Origin: Octopus sinensis
Lineage: Eukaryota
NCBI RefSeq assembly: GCF_006345805.1
Contig: NC_043008.1
Location: 56,172,001 to 56,236,000, forward strand
Direction of reading: 5' to 3'
Length of the DNA stretch: 64,000 nucleotides
In this document: piece after piece, positions 53,678-64,000 of the stretch
How positions within the stretch are numbered: position 1 is the first letter of the stretch
Layout of the letters: every line of letters begins with the position of its first letter
The notes under the pieces: generated by a model
Seen by the model: the letters and a program-made list of their open reading frames with translations, nothing else
Databases searched by the model: none
What the model was told of the DNA's origin: nothing
Translations under genes and position numbers: made by a program

Positions 53678-55642
53678 GTATATGTGTGTATGTATGTATG
53701 TATGTATTATTTCACATCACTTGTTTCACCAATCTTGTCCGTTTTACAAACTGTAATTGATATATATATATACATACATACGTACGTACATACATACATA
53801 CATACATATCTATATATACATACATATAATATATATGCATAAGATATATACATACATACGTACATACACATGCACACTTCAATCTACGTATGTAAAGTGT
53901 ACTACTTTTTAAATTTATATACATTCTTTTAGATATAAGACAATCAATTTGAAGGTGGTAGTCTTAAATACTGGTTTCTGTAGGACACTGGATTTCACAA
54001 TTTGCAAATTGGAACTATTTATTTTCATAATGATAATGATGATGATAATGATGGTGGTGGTGGTGAATATAACAGTGATGAATCTATGGTTGGTGTTGGT
54101 AATGATGATGATGATGATGTAGATATTTATACATAGGTGTGTCTGGCCTAAAGTTAATTAATGTTTCAAAATTTGAGTGTAAATACTTGAAAAGTGATCT
54201 TGTTTTCCATTTTTTTTTGTTATAAATTTTTATAAAAGGAAATTTAAAGTTCTTTTTCCCCGCATACATGTATGTATATATGTATGTATATGCATACATA
54301 CATATATATATATGATTATGTATGCTTACATATGTGTGTGTGTGTGTATAGCACAAATAATTGAGGTTATCAATGAATCACCATTTCAAAATGTTTTTTC
54401 CTTCTTTAATATGGAAACATCTTTGGCTACTTTTTAAAATTTTTTATCTCTTATTATTACTATTTTTTTTTTTGTCTTTTTGCACATACCATCTTGATTG
54501 GTCATTTGACATTTAAAATTGCCAGGTCATGGCGCATCTCTTTAATGGGCCCTAATTTTGAGTGTTTGATTATTGGTATCATTATAAAATTTTCAAGTTC
54601 TGTCTTGGTTTGTTATCCTGAAGTGACACACACATTCACATGTACACTCACACACGTTTGAATTCCAGTAGAAAATGGAGATGTTCTGCTCAAACATATT
54701 GTATAAATCAATCATTTCTTACTGAAGCCCTTTGCTATCTCAGTGGAGCATAGGCCATTGAGAATTTTTCTTCACTGTTCTCAACTCTTGGTTGTCTACC
54801 TCTTCCAGGTTTCATTAAATTTTGAATTGTTATCAGTGCTTCTATAACTTTGCTTTTTCTAGGTAAGGACATTGGCCCTAGACAAACCCATTTTTATCTT
54901 TGGAAAGAGATGGTCTATATTAGTCTGGCCACTATCCTATGATCTGTCCAGCATAGGAGACCCTGCTGATGGCACAGCTCTCAAGGCCACTGAGACATAC
55001 AAAACATTATACCACAAGGACTGACCCATGTGGTGAACTGAAAAAAAAAAATTGGGCACTTCACTATCCTTCATGTCATCTATACCAACGTGTTTCAAAA
55101 GATCAGAATATATTTTATGTTCTCATACCAGTAAGCAATATATGGTACTGTTGTAAACCATACATTTTTCTCACTCGGTTGTTTGTCTCTTATAGCATTG
55201 TGGGTTCTACCATTTGACCTCTATGGCATTCAACCTTTGCGTATTGAGATGCAACAGATGAGAAATTGTGACATTATTGTGGTCTATTGTGGAAGACCTT
55301 ATGCTTTACTGCCTACTGTCTCACAATTGGGTGCCATTAACTGCTTTCACATTGTCCCTTTGTGTGTAACCTTGGTTTTGAATAGGTACACAGTATCTTT
55401 ACATGCTGTTTGAGGCGAATAAAAGGGTTAGCTCCATGAAGGGCAGCTAACCAAAAAATACTTTTTTTAAGGAAAAGCAACCATGATGAGAAAATCTGTC
55501 TTGGGGGCCTTGTGTGGGTTACCCTTGCTTGAGCTTCAAAAATAGCTATGGTGTTCATTGTACTCTGTTACAGGCATTTAAATTTGGTCTCTAGTGCTAG
55601 GATTCCTAACTTGGTCTCTTCATGTGTCTCTCCCTACTACAG

Positions 55643-55771
55643 TGGCATATAAGTTATGACCCTTTTCATCCTCCCCTCCAAACACTGGCGTATAAGTTAT
55701 GGCTTTTTCATCCTCCCCTCCAAACACTGGCGTATAAGTTATGGCCCTTTTCATCCTCCCCTCCGAACACT
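55643..55771. repeat. 42-43-bp tandem triplication
   Basis: tggcgtataagttatggcccttttcatcctcccctccaaacac x3. Confidence 0.9.
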
Positions 55772-56669
55772 CACAGCCTCCAGGGTCATTAGTACTGACC
55801 TTCACTCCCCACATTCTCCAGGGCCATGAGCACAGACCTTTCTTCCTCCTCCAGCTAAACAATGAAACAAATTTGAACATTTCTTTCATACCTCTGTTGT
55901 ATTACTGCCAATCTGCAGGAATGCTTTAGCTATTGACTTTGGCTAAGTTCTGGTCCTTATTGCATGGCTATCAGTGGTCACTTGTGGTCTTGCATGGCTA
56001 TCTGGACACTGTCCATATCCAGCTTTACTGTTTTTTTTTTTCTTCTTTCTCTTTCACCCAATCCCTCACACAAGCCTAATCTTTTAATGGAAGATATATA
56101 TATATTTTTTTACCTCTTTCTTGTTCATATCTTCCACTTTCCCTTGTTAAATTTCATCTCACAAACTGCAGATTGCAAAACTTTATTTTGATTGTGGTAT
56201 TCTTCTAAAGCTTCAAGTCTCTGCAATATATGCATCTGATACAATTTAAAAAAAAAATAATTTTATTAAAAGTTTTAAACAAAATATTTATTTTTTCACT
56301 GTAATTTTTTTAATAAAAATAAACATAAATTTAGGAAAAAAAATAAACTCTCATACCATGTATTTTATAATTTTAAAAATATTTCTTAAACTAATATTAA
56401 TTTTTTTTTTACATTTTTCTAATAGTATTTTCTCCTTTTTATTTAAAAATTTTTTATTCATAGCATGACATTTTGTACAGCTAGCTGTAATGTATAATGT
56501 AACTACATTCATTGTAAAACTCATTTCTCTTTATATTATATACTCAACAATTTGTGTGTAATCTTTATTGGGGTGAAACGATTTTTAAAAACCGTTTTAC
56601 CTTTGTCTGCTAAGTCCTAGAAATACTGCTTGCTTCATACCTAAACTCATCACGTTTAAGTCGTGATGT

Positions 56670-57420
56670 ACCTTATTATTTTGAGTGTAGCTATGAAGTA
56701 CCTTGCTACTTTGAGTGTAGCTGTGAAGTACCTAGTCACTTGGAGTGTAGCTTTGATGTACCTGATCACTTTGAGTACAGCTATAATGTACTTAGTTATC
56801 TGCATTTTCAGTGTAGCTGTGTGGTTCTTTTGAGTGTAGTTGTTCGGTTCTTTTGAGTGTAGTTGTATGGTTCTTTTGAGTGTAGTTGTGTGGTTCTTTT
56901 GAGTGTAGCTGTAATGCACTTAGCCACTTTGAGTGTAGTTGTAATGTAACTGGTAATTTTGAGTATAGCTGTAATGTACCTGGTCACTTTAAGTGTAGAT
57001 GTGATGTACCTGACCACTTTAAGTGTAGCTGTGATGTACCTTGTTATTTTGAGTGTAACTGTGATATACCTGGTCACTTTGAGTGTTGCTGTGTGGTTCT
57101 TTTGAGTGTAGCTGTAATGCACTTAGCCACTTAGAGTGTAGTTGTAATGTACCTGGTAATTTTGAGTATAGCTGTAATGTACCTGGTCACTTTCAGTGTA
57201 GATGTGATGTACCTGATTATTTTGGGTGTAACTGTGGTGTACCTGGTCACTTTGAGTGTAGCTGTGATCATTTTGGGTAGAATTTTTATGTACCTGATCA
57301 TTTTGAGTGTAGCTGGGATATACCTGGGATCACTATGATAAATGGGTCACCTTTTGCAGAGATGTGATATAACACCTGAATATTTAGAGTGTAGCTGCAA
57401 TGTACCTGGTCATTTTGACA
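56670..57420. repeat. Minisatellite of ~30-bp and ~23-bp units
   Basis: tttgagtgtagctgtgatgtacctggtcac and tttgagtgtagttgtgtggttct units; source of the spurious ITATLK-repeat ORFs. Confidence 0.9.
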
Positions 57421-59564
57421 TAGACATGATATGTCAGTTTTATCACTGACCAAAGGGCAGTGCATTGGAAATAGTCACCACAGAGCTGGCCAAAATACCT
57501 GGTGGTATTTACTTGTATCTATTCTCATACAAAGGTTCACTTTTCTTTTCAGTCTTGTAGAGGTCAGTACAGTATTTTGCCAGTCAAGTTATTTGAGCTC
57601 TTTAATCCTCTCTGTAACAAGGTTAGGCAACTTTTTCTTGAGGAGTGGACCACATGAGACATGGGTTCATCATCAGGCAGGCTGCCCTGCTAGGAAAGTT
57701 CAATGTAACTTTTTTTGTTTGTGCAGCCATTCAAAAACTCCAGTCGTTGATCTATAACATTTCTGCCTTCCATTCCAGATTCATTAATTTGTATCTTGTG
57801 TCTCATAAAAAAGCACCCTGTGTTAAGTGGTTGGCATTAGGAAGGGCACCCCACTGACGAAACCATACCAAAGTTGGAACAAGAACTTAGCACAGCCCTC
57901 TTAACTGCACAACCATGTCTATGTCCCTGTTACTGTCTTAGGATTCTAAGTTTGGTTTTCAGTTAATGTCGACTCGATTTTGTTGTTGAGTGGAGGCATC
58001 CACTTCTACTATTAGGGCGAGCGAGGTTGCAGGGGGTGAGTGTGAGTGAGGAGAAGGAGTCTTTGAGCTGTTTCTTCCAACGCTTATGTTTTTTGTTGTT
58101 GGGTTTTTTATTATTACTAAGCACCCACTACACTCTCAGAGTGGTTGGCGTTAGGAAGGGCATCCAGCTGTAGAAACTCTGCCAGATCAAGATTGGAGCC
58201 TGGTTCAGCCATCTGGTTCACCAGTCCTCAGTCAAATCATCCACCCCATGCCAGCATGGAAAGCAGATGTTAAACGATAATGATGATGTTTTGTTTCCCG
58301 ATTAAGCAAGAGGGATCTGATGTGCTGAAAGTGAAGTCACAATTAGAAATGGACAAATGTGTTCCTGTTATGAATACCATCCCCACATATTCCCTCCCTC
58401 CCCCACCACTACCACACCAAAACATATTAAGTCTAGAGCTATTTTTTTGTCTAATATGCGTTTCATTTTTTTGAGACAGTAGAATGAGAGTTGATGAGAT
58501 TTGACTGCTGTTTCTAGCAAGATGATTGACCACCTAGAGTGGTGGTTCTTAATATCCTTGCTAGCTCCCACACCAGGATTTTTTTTACAAGGGCCACATT
58601 CAAAAAAGTAAAACGCAAGTCACTTAAAGAAAATTTATATTTAAAGAGGGAAGATTGTTGGGGGGTCACTAGAAGCATGCTTGAGGGCCGCATGTGGATC
58701 TGGGAGTTATGGTTGAGAGCTGCTGACCTTGAGGTAGCACCCTTTGTTAAATATCTATTATTTTCTTGAAAAGTGAGGAAAGATATGAACGTGCTTTAAT
58801 GAGTAGTTCATTCATGAATTAATCACATGCACGCACACACGCACACAACAACAACAACATGCCAGTGAAAGAGCATCTCTGTGGTGGCTCAATACGCTAA
58901 AAATAACAGCCAAATCACCATCAGCTCTCTTCCTACATTCATAGGAAAGAACGCATTAGATAATGTGCAGGGTATCCTGAACATTGGAAAGATTTGGCAT
59001 GGTCATGGCTGGAATGCCTTTGATCATAGATATGATACTTGAATACAATGTACCAGGTGCAATATACCACCACCACCAACAACAACAAAAACAAAAAACA
59101 AAAACATTTATCTGCAGAGCCTTGTTCTAAAGCTTAAGGTTTCTTGCTTTGAATGTGAAACTTACTGCTTCATTAGCAATTCTTGTTAATTGCTTTGGTA
59201 CTATGGTCCTGTCTGTTGCAAACTGTTATTTGCTTATTTTAATTATAACATGTTTAATCAATAATGCTTATCATATAAATCCCAGTTTTTTATTTTTATT
59301 TTTATTTTGCTATTTGCTCCGTTTGTTGTAAAGAAGCCATCTTCCCATTAATTAACTTCTAATGCCATGTTGAAAATGCAGCCAAAGAATTTTTTTCTAT
59401 TTTAAAAAGAAATCCTTTAACATTCAGATTACCCTGCGAAAATGAAATCCTTATTTATTCACAATATTTTGAATTAATCATCCATTATCTTGTAGCTTTT
59501 AGATTTTGATGAGGTGATCGTTTACTTTTAGGATGACATTGTAGGCTAGGTGTGATAGACCAGA

Positions 59565-59990
59565 AGGTGGCGAGCTGGCAGAAACGTTAGCACGCTGGGC
59601 GAAATGCTTAGCGGTATTTCATCTGCTGCTATATTCTGAGTTCAAATTTCGCCGAGGTTGACTTTGCCTTTCATTCTTTCGGGGTCGATTAAATAAATAC
59701 CAGTTATACATGTCCCTGCCTTCCAGAGCTAGTTCTTCACCACATTTCTTAAAATTAGTGGTAGAGGCCTTGGTCTTGGGACCACTCATGTCTAGAAACT
59801 GTGGTTGGGGGTAAGCAAGGGCATACTCCCCATAGAAAATCCAGCTCAAAAAAAAAACCTCATGATAACAAAGGAAAATGGGCACCAGCCAGCCCAAAGG
59901 TTAGGGTTAGGGTTAGTATTTTGACTTAATCCCTTTGTCTGTCCTTGTCTGTCCCCTCTATGTTTAGCCCCCTGTGGGCAATAAAAACAT
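59565..59990 (+). mobile_element. SINE family A interrupted by a ~200-bp insertion ending in TTAGGG repeats
   Basis: Head and core to ~59710; tail resumes ~59920. Confidence 0.75.
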
Positions 59991-61113
59991 AAATGGTTTT
60001 CTTGGCTCTTTCATGAAATAATTGCTTTTCTTAAAACATAGAATCTTGGATCGAGTCGTGTTGAAACAGGTTCAACTCCTGTGTTTGTAATCTTTTGTGT
60101 TCCTTTTACATCCATTTTTCTATACTGGCATAGGTTAGATGGGTGCTTGATTAAGGCAGTACTTTTACAATCAGCAATCCTTTCTGCCATGTGTGCACAC
60201 ATTTGTGTATGTATGTGTGTGTGTGTGGCAGTAGGTAGGGGAGGCAGGTATAGCTGTGTGGCTGGCTGACAGGTTTACTTTGCAACTACATAGTTTTGGG
60301 TGCAGACCCACTGCATGGGACCCGGGGTGGGTGGATGGGGGTGTGTGAAATGTCTTTTATTATAATCCTGGGCTGGGGTAATATCATGTATGTGCTTTTG
60401 GCAAGCGGAAACTGAAACAAGCCTTTTGTGTGTGTATGTGTTTGTGTGCGTGTGTGTGCGCATGCATGTGTGTGTATGTGTTTGTGCCCATCTTGCTGAT
60501 CAAAGGATGGCAGGCAGGTAGAGCGAGAACATTTGGTTGTAGAAAATCTGCCTCAACAAATTCTTGTCTAACTCCTACATGCATGAAACAACATCTGTTA
60601 AAGGGATGATAATGATGATGATGATGATGATTGTGTGTGTATGTGTATGTGTGTAATTTTAAATGAATCTTGAATATGTTTGTGTGTATATACATGAGTG
60701 AAGGCACGTGGCTCAGTGGTTAGGATTTTTGGCTTGTGATTGTAAGGTCGTGAGTTCAATTCCTGGTGAAACATTGTGTCCTTGAGCAAGACACTTTATT
60801 TCACATTACTCCAGTCCACTCAGCTGGCCAAAAATGAGTTGTACCTGTATTTCAAAGGCTCAGCCTTGTCACATCCTGTGTCAAGCTGAATCTTCCCGAG
60901 AACTACATTAAGGGTACGCACGTCTGTGGAGTACTCAGCCACTTGCATATTACTTTCACAAACAGGCTGCTCCGTTAATCGGATCAACTGGAGCACTCGT
61001 CATGGTAACCAACGTAGTGCCAATATATATGTGTGTGAAATATAATGTGTCTTGAATAGCAGATCAATGTAGAGTGGACTATAATAACTGTTATAATTTA
61101 ATTATTCATAGTC

Positions 61114-61160
61114 TGATATAATAATATTTCAGAATATAAAAGTTCCTTCTTCAGATATCA
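61114..61160 (-). ncRNA. Putative hammerhead motif (inverted partner at 61260-61306, +)
   Basis: UGAUAU-CUGAAGA-AGGAA...UUCU-GAAA-UAUU-AUU|AUAUCA; partner CUGAAGA-AGGAAU UUUUAU AUUCC-GAAA-AUAUU-AUC. Confidence 0.5.
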
Positions 61161-61309
61161 CTAGGAATTGATCAAGTCTCTGCTATAATTGGTTTTCCAA
61201 CGGTTACTCAATTTTTTTATAAAAAACTGATTATAGCAGTGACCTGATCAATTCCTAGCAATATCTGAAGAAGGAATTTTTATATTCCGAAAATATTATC
61301 ATAATTATA

Positions 61310-61502
61310 ATAATAATAATAATGAAATTATTGTATACAGTGCTCAGGTGCACCACAACTTGTCAGAAAGTGCATATAAAGTATATGCAGTAATGTACAA
61401 ATGTCTGGAAAGCGAACAATGTATGAGTCAGATACATGCTTGTGTGTGTATGGAAGGGAGAAAATCAGGTGTAGTGTTGGCGAATCTCAGGAAGCATGGA
61501 AG
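61310..61502 (-). mobile_element. CR1-type LINE 3' tail fragment
   Basis: tgtatacagtgctcaggtgcaccacaact is the reverse complement of the 3'UTR near 42400-42430; preceded by (TAA)n. Confidence 0.7.
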
Positions 61503-61820
61503 TCTATCAGCATATCAGACTATGAATAATTAAATTATGGAGATGTACTTGCATAGCAAGAGATGCCGATGCAGCATGGAGTTTTGTCAGTGAACAGGTC
61601 GCGGTCTCAAAGTGATGAAAATATTTTGACAAATTAAATTTAAATTGAATCTAACGGTTTTTGTGTGTTTCTTAATTGGCTTATAAACGCCATCCATGCT
61701 GCAATAATTAAATTATAACAGTTATTATAATCCACTCTGCATTGTTGTGCCATTCAAGACACTTTATATTTCACAAACAATACACAATGCTTCAAGCAAA
61801 TTACAATACTCTCCTATATA

Positions 61821-61837
<17 letters not shown>

Positions 61838-61880
<43 letters not shown>

Positions 61881-61990
61881 CATTGTGTACAGTGCTCAGG
61901 TGCACTACAACTCATCTAAAGTGTATGTATAGTACATAGGGTAATGTACAAGCGTCAGGAAAAGAACAGTGCATGAGTCATGACATACAC
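61838..61990 (-). mobile_element. CR1-type LINE 3' tail fragment
   Basis: (TAA)n followed by aaacattgtgtacagtgctcaggtgcactacaactcatctaaagtg, near-identical in reverse complement to 42390-42435. Confidence 0.75.
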
Positions 61991-63195
61991 ATATGTGATA
62001 TATATGAAAGAATGTTTGAAAATGCAAACCAGTTTCACTTTTTTAGAAAAAGATTGTCAAAAGTAACATGTAAAAGCTTTGTCGTGTTAGGTACTGGTTG
62101 TCACAAAATATTATAGTACATATATACAGTCTTTGATAATAATAAAGACATGTTAGAAACGGTTTACAAGGAAAAATCTTGGGAAATCTTTTCCCCAGAT
62201 TTCTTTTAAAATCGCATTTTCAAACCTTCTTTCATATATAATTTCACTTGTGCGGTACCTTACAACTTCACTTTGTTATATATATATATTAAAGGCATTT
62301 CTATACATAAATGCCTCACGCTAGGAGGGACTCTTAAAGTCAAAACTACTATAATAACCACAACCCAGCTACGTGTTTTTTCTTTGAGCAAGACAATTTG
62401 TTTCACAGTGCTCCTGTTCACTCAGCTGGCAAAAATGAGTAGTATCTGTATTTCAAAGGACCAGCCTTGTTGCATTCTATGTCATGCTGAATCTCTTTGA
62501 GAACTACGTTAAGGGTACCTGTGATAGTGGAGGGCTCAGCTACTTTCATGCTAATTTCATGAGCAGTCTGTTCTCTTGATCCAATCAGCTGCGACACTTG
62601 TTGTAAGTGATGGAATATATGGATTCAAAGAATGTTTATTGAAGTTGTGTGCCTGAATTTCATAAAAAAGCAGCCCTGATGTACTCTGTGGAATCCCAGC
62701 TGGATGACATATTCAATTTTCTTATCTCTAATAGAATTTGCTTGATTTACACTGATGTAAATTGTGAAATTGAATTGGTTCTTTTGAGGAATTTAAGTGC
62801 TTAAAACACTCTGTATGTGTGTATTGCATGTGCGTGTCTGTGTGTGATTGTGTGTTTTAAATACTTTATTAATCCCAAAATAATTAATCCACTACTTAAT
62901 TAATCCAAAAAAAAGTCTTCACTGTTTTACTGGCAGTTGCATTTAATACTTTTAAGTAAGGGTTTCTTGGATTTTGTATGTTTGTATATGTAAGTACATG
63001 TATATGTGTGTGTGTGTGTGTGTGTGTATAAGGTTCGAAAATCGATTAAGGTTGTTCATTGTTTTATCAGTCTGCAGAGAAATGGCTAAAATTTGCCCTG
63101 TTTATAATTATACCATATGTTACATATATTATACACACACATGCACACATGCATGTGTGTGTGTGCCTAGGTATATATGTATATAGAAATAATAT

Positions 63196-63245
<50 letters not shown>

Positions 63246-63314
63246 TTTGTGTGTGTAATAGTGGGGTAGTTCATTTAAGGCAGCTTTTCACAAAACCTGT
63301 TTTTTCTTCTACAG

Positions 63315-63336
63315 TTGCTTTCAGCAATAGTTTGAA
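63315..63336 (+). CDS. Candidate microexon (22 nt; or 12 nt from alternative acceptor at 63325)
   Basis: Polypyrimidine tract tttttcttctacag|, second acceptor ttgctttcag|, donor GAA|gtaaga. The 22-nt form reads VAFSNSL plus two bases of a split codon in frame after the phase-1 end of exon 32318-32492. Confidence 0.3.
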
Positions 63337-63434
63337 GTAAGAGTCTTCTCCCTTTATTACTAGTCCTCTCTATTGTTTGTACTGAGTTTACTTTTTCGAT
63401 TATTTCTGTTTTAATTTGTTTAACCAATTATTAA

Positions 63435-63439
<5 letters not shown>

Positions 63440-63476
<37 letters not shown>

Positions 63477-63707
63477 ATATATCTATATATATATATATTG
63501 TATGTATGTATGTATGTATGTATATGTATGTATGTATGTATGCATATACATATATGTATATATATGTGTATGTATATGTATGTATGTATGCATATACATA
63601 TATGTATATATATATGTGTATGTATATGTATGTATATATATATACATATATGTATCTATATATATATGTATATATTTGTATGTATGTATATGTATATATA
63701 TATATAT

Positions 63708-63742
<35 letters not shown>

Positions 63743-63775
63743 GTATGCATATGTATGTATGTACATATGTATATA

Positions 63776-63822
<47 letters not shown>
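63440..63822. repeat. Compound (TA)/(TATG) microsatellite
   Basis: Direct inspection; one of dozens of such tracts. Confidence 0.95.
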
Positions 63823-63825
<3 letters not shown>

Positions 63826-64000
63826 TGTACACATAAATAAATACATGTACATATTCAAACTTGTGCATTCAAAGCTGAATTCTTACTAGAATATATACAC
63901 AGACAAAAATATTAAAAAAATTATTCACTTATTCTTACAAATTTTTCCGTTATTTAAATTTTTTAAGATGTCTGTTGTTTTCCATTCTGAAAAAAAATTT

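Noticed and set aside
54845-54870. Recursive-splice-like tttttctag|gtaagg (also tttctcag|gtatca at 26400)
   Set aside because: Expected by chance in AT-rich introns; the first lies in probable repeat-derived sequence; not supportable without nascent RNA data.
56656-57420. Regularly spaced repeats resembling a CRISPR array or repeat protein
   Set aside because: Contiguous degenerate tandem units without unique spacers, no cas genes and a eukaryotic context.

Overview
AT-rich, microsatellite-saturated eukaryotic DNA, most likely from an octopus or other coleoid cephalopod; this is inferred from recurrent tRNA-derived SINE families and dense (TA)n/(CA)n/(CAT)n tracts, not from a search. The window looks like the interior of one large + strand gene that I cannot name. 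It has two well-supported coding exons (6996-7580, 32318-32492) and candidate alternative or micro-exons (24275/24350-24373/24388, 63315/63325-63336). The introns contain SINEs, piggyBac- and Tc1/mariner-type MITEs, a non-autonomous Helitron, R4/Dong-like and CR1-like LINE fragments, a probable solo LTR and minisatellites. Most ORFs in the supplied track are translated microsatellites. The main unexplained structure is a dispersed set of minimal type-I hammerhead-ribozyme-like motifs, resembling those in Penelope-like element pLTRs, in short elements next to (TA)n/(TAA)n tracts. These include a compensatory U3-A8 core variant, a copy with a ~100-nt stem II and an apparent antisense bias relative to the host gene. 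They occur together with many (TA)n-anchored foldback palindromes. All folding was done by eye and repeat boundaries are approximate.
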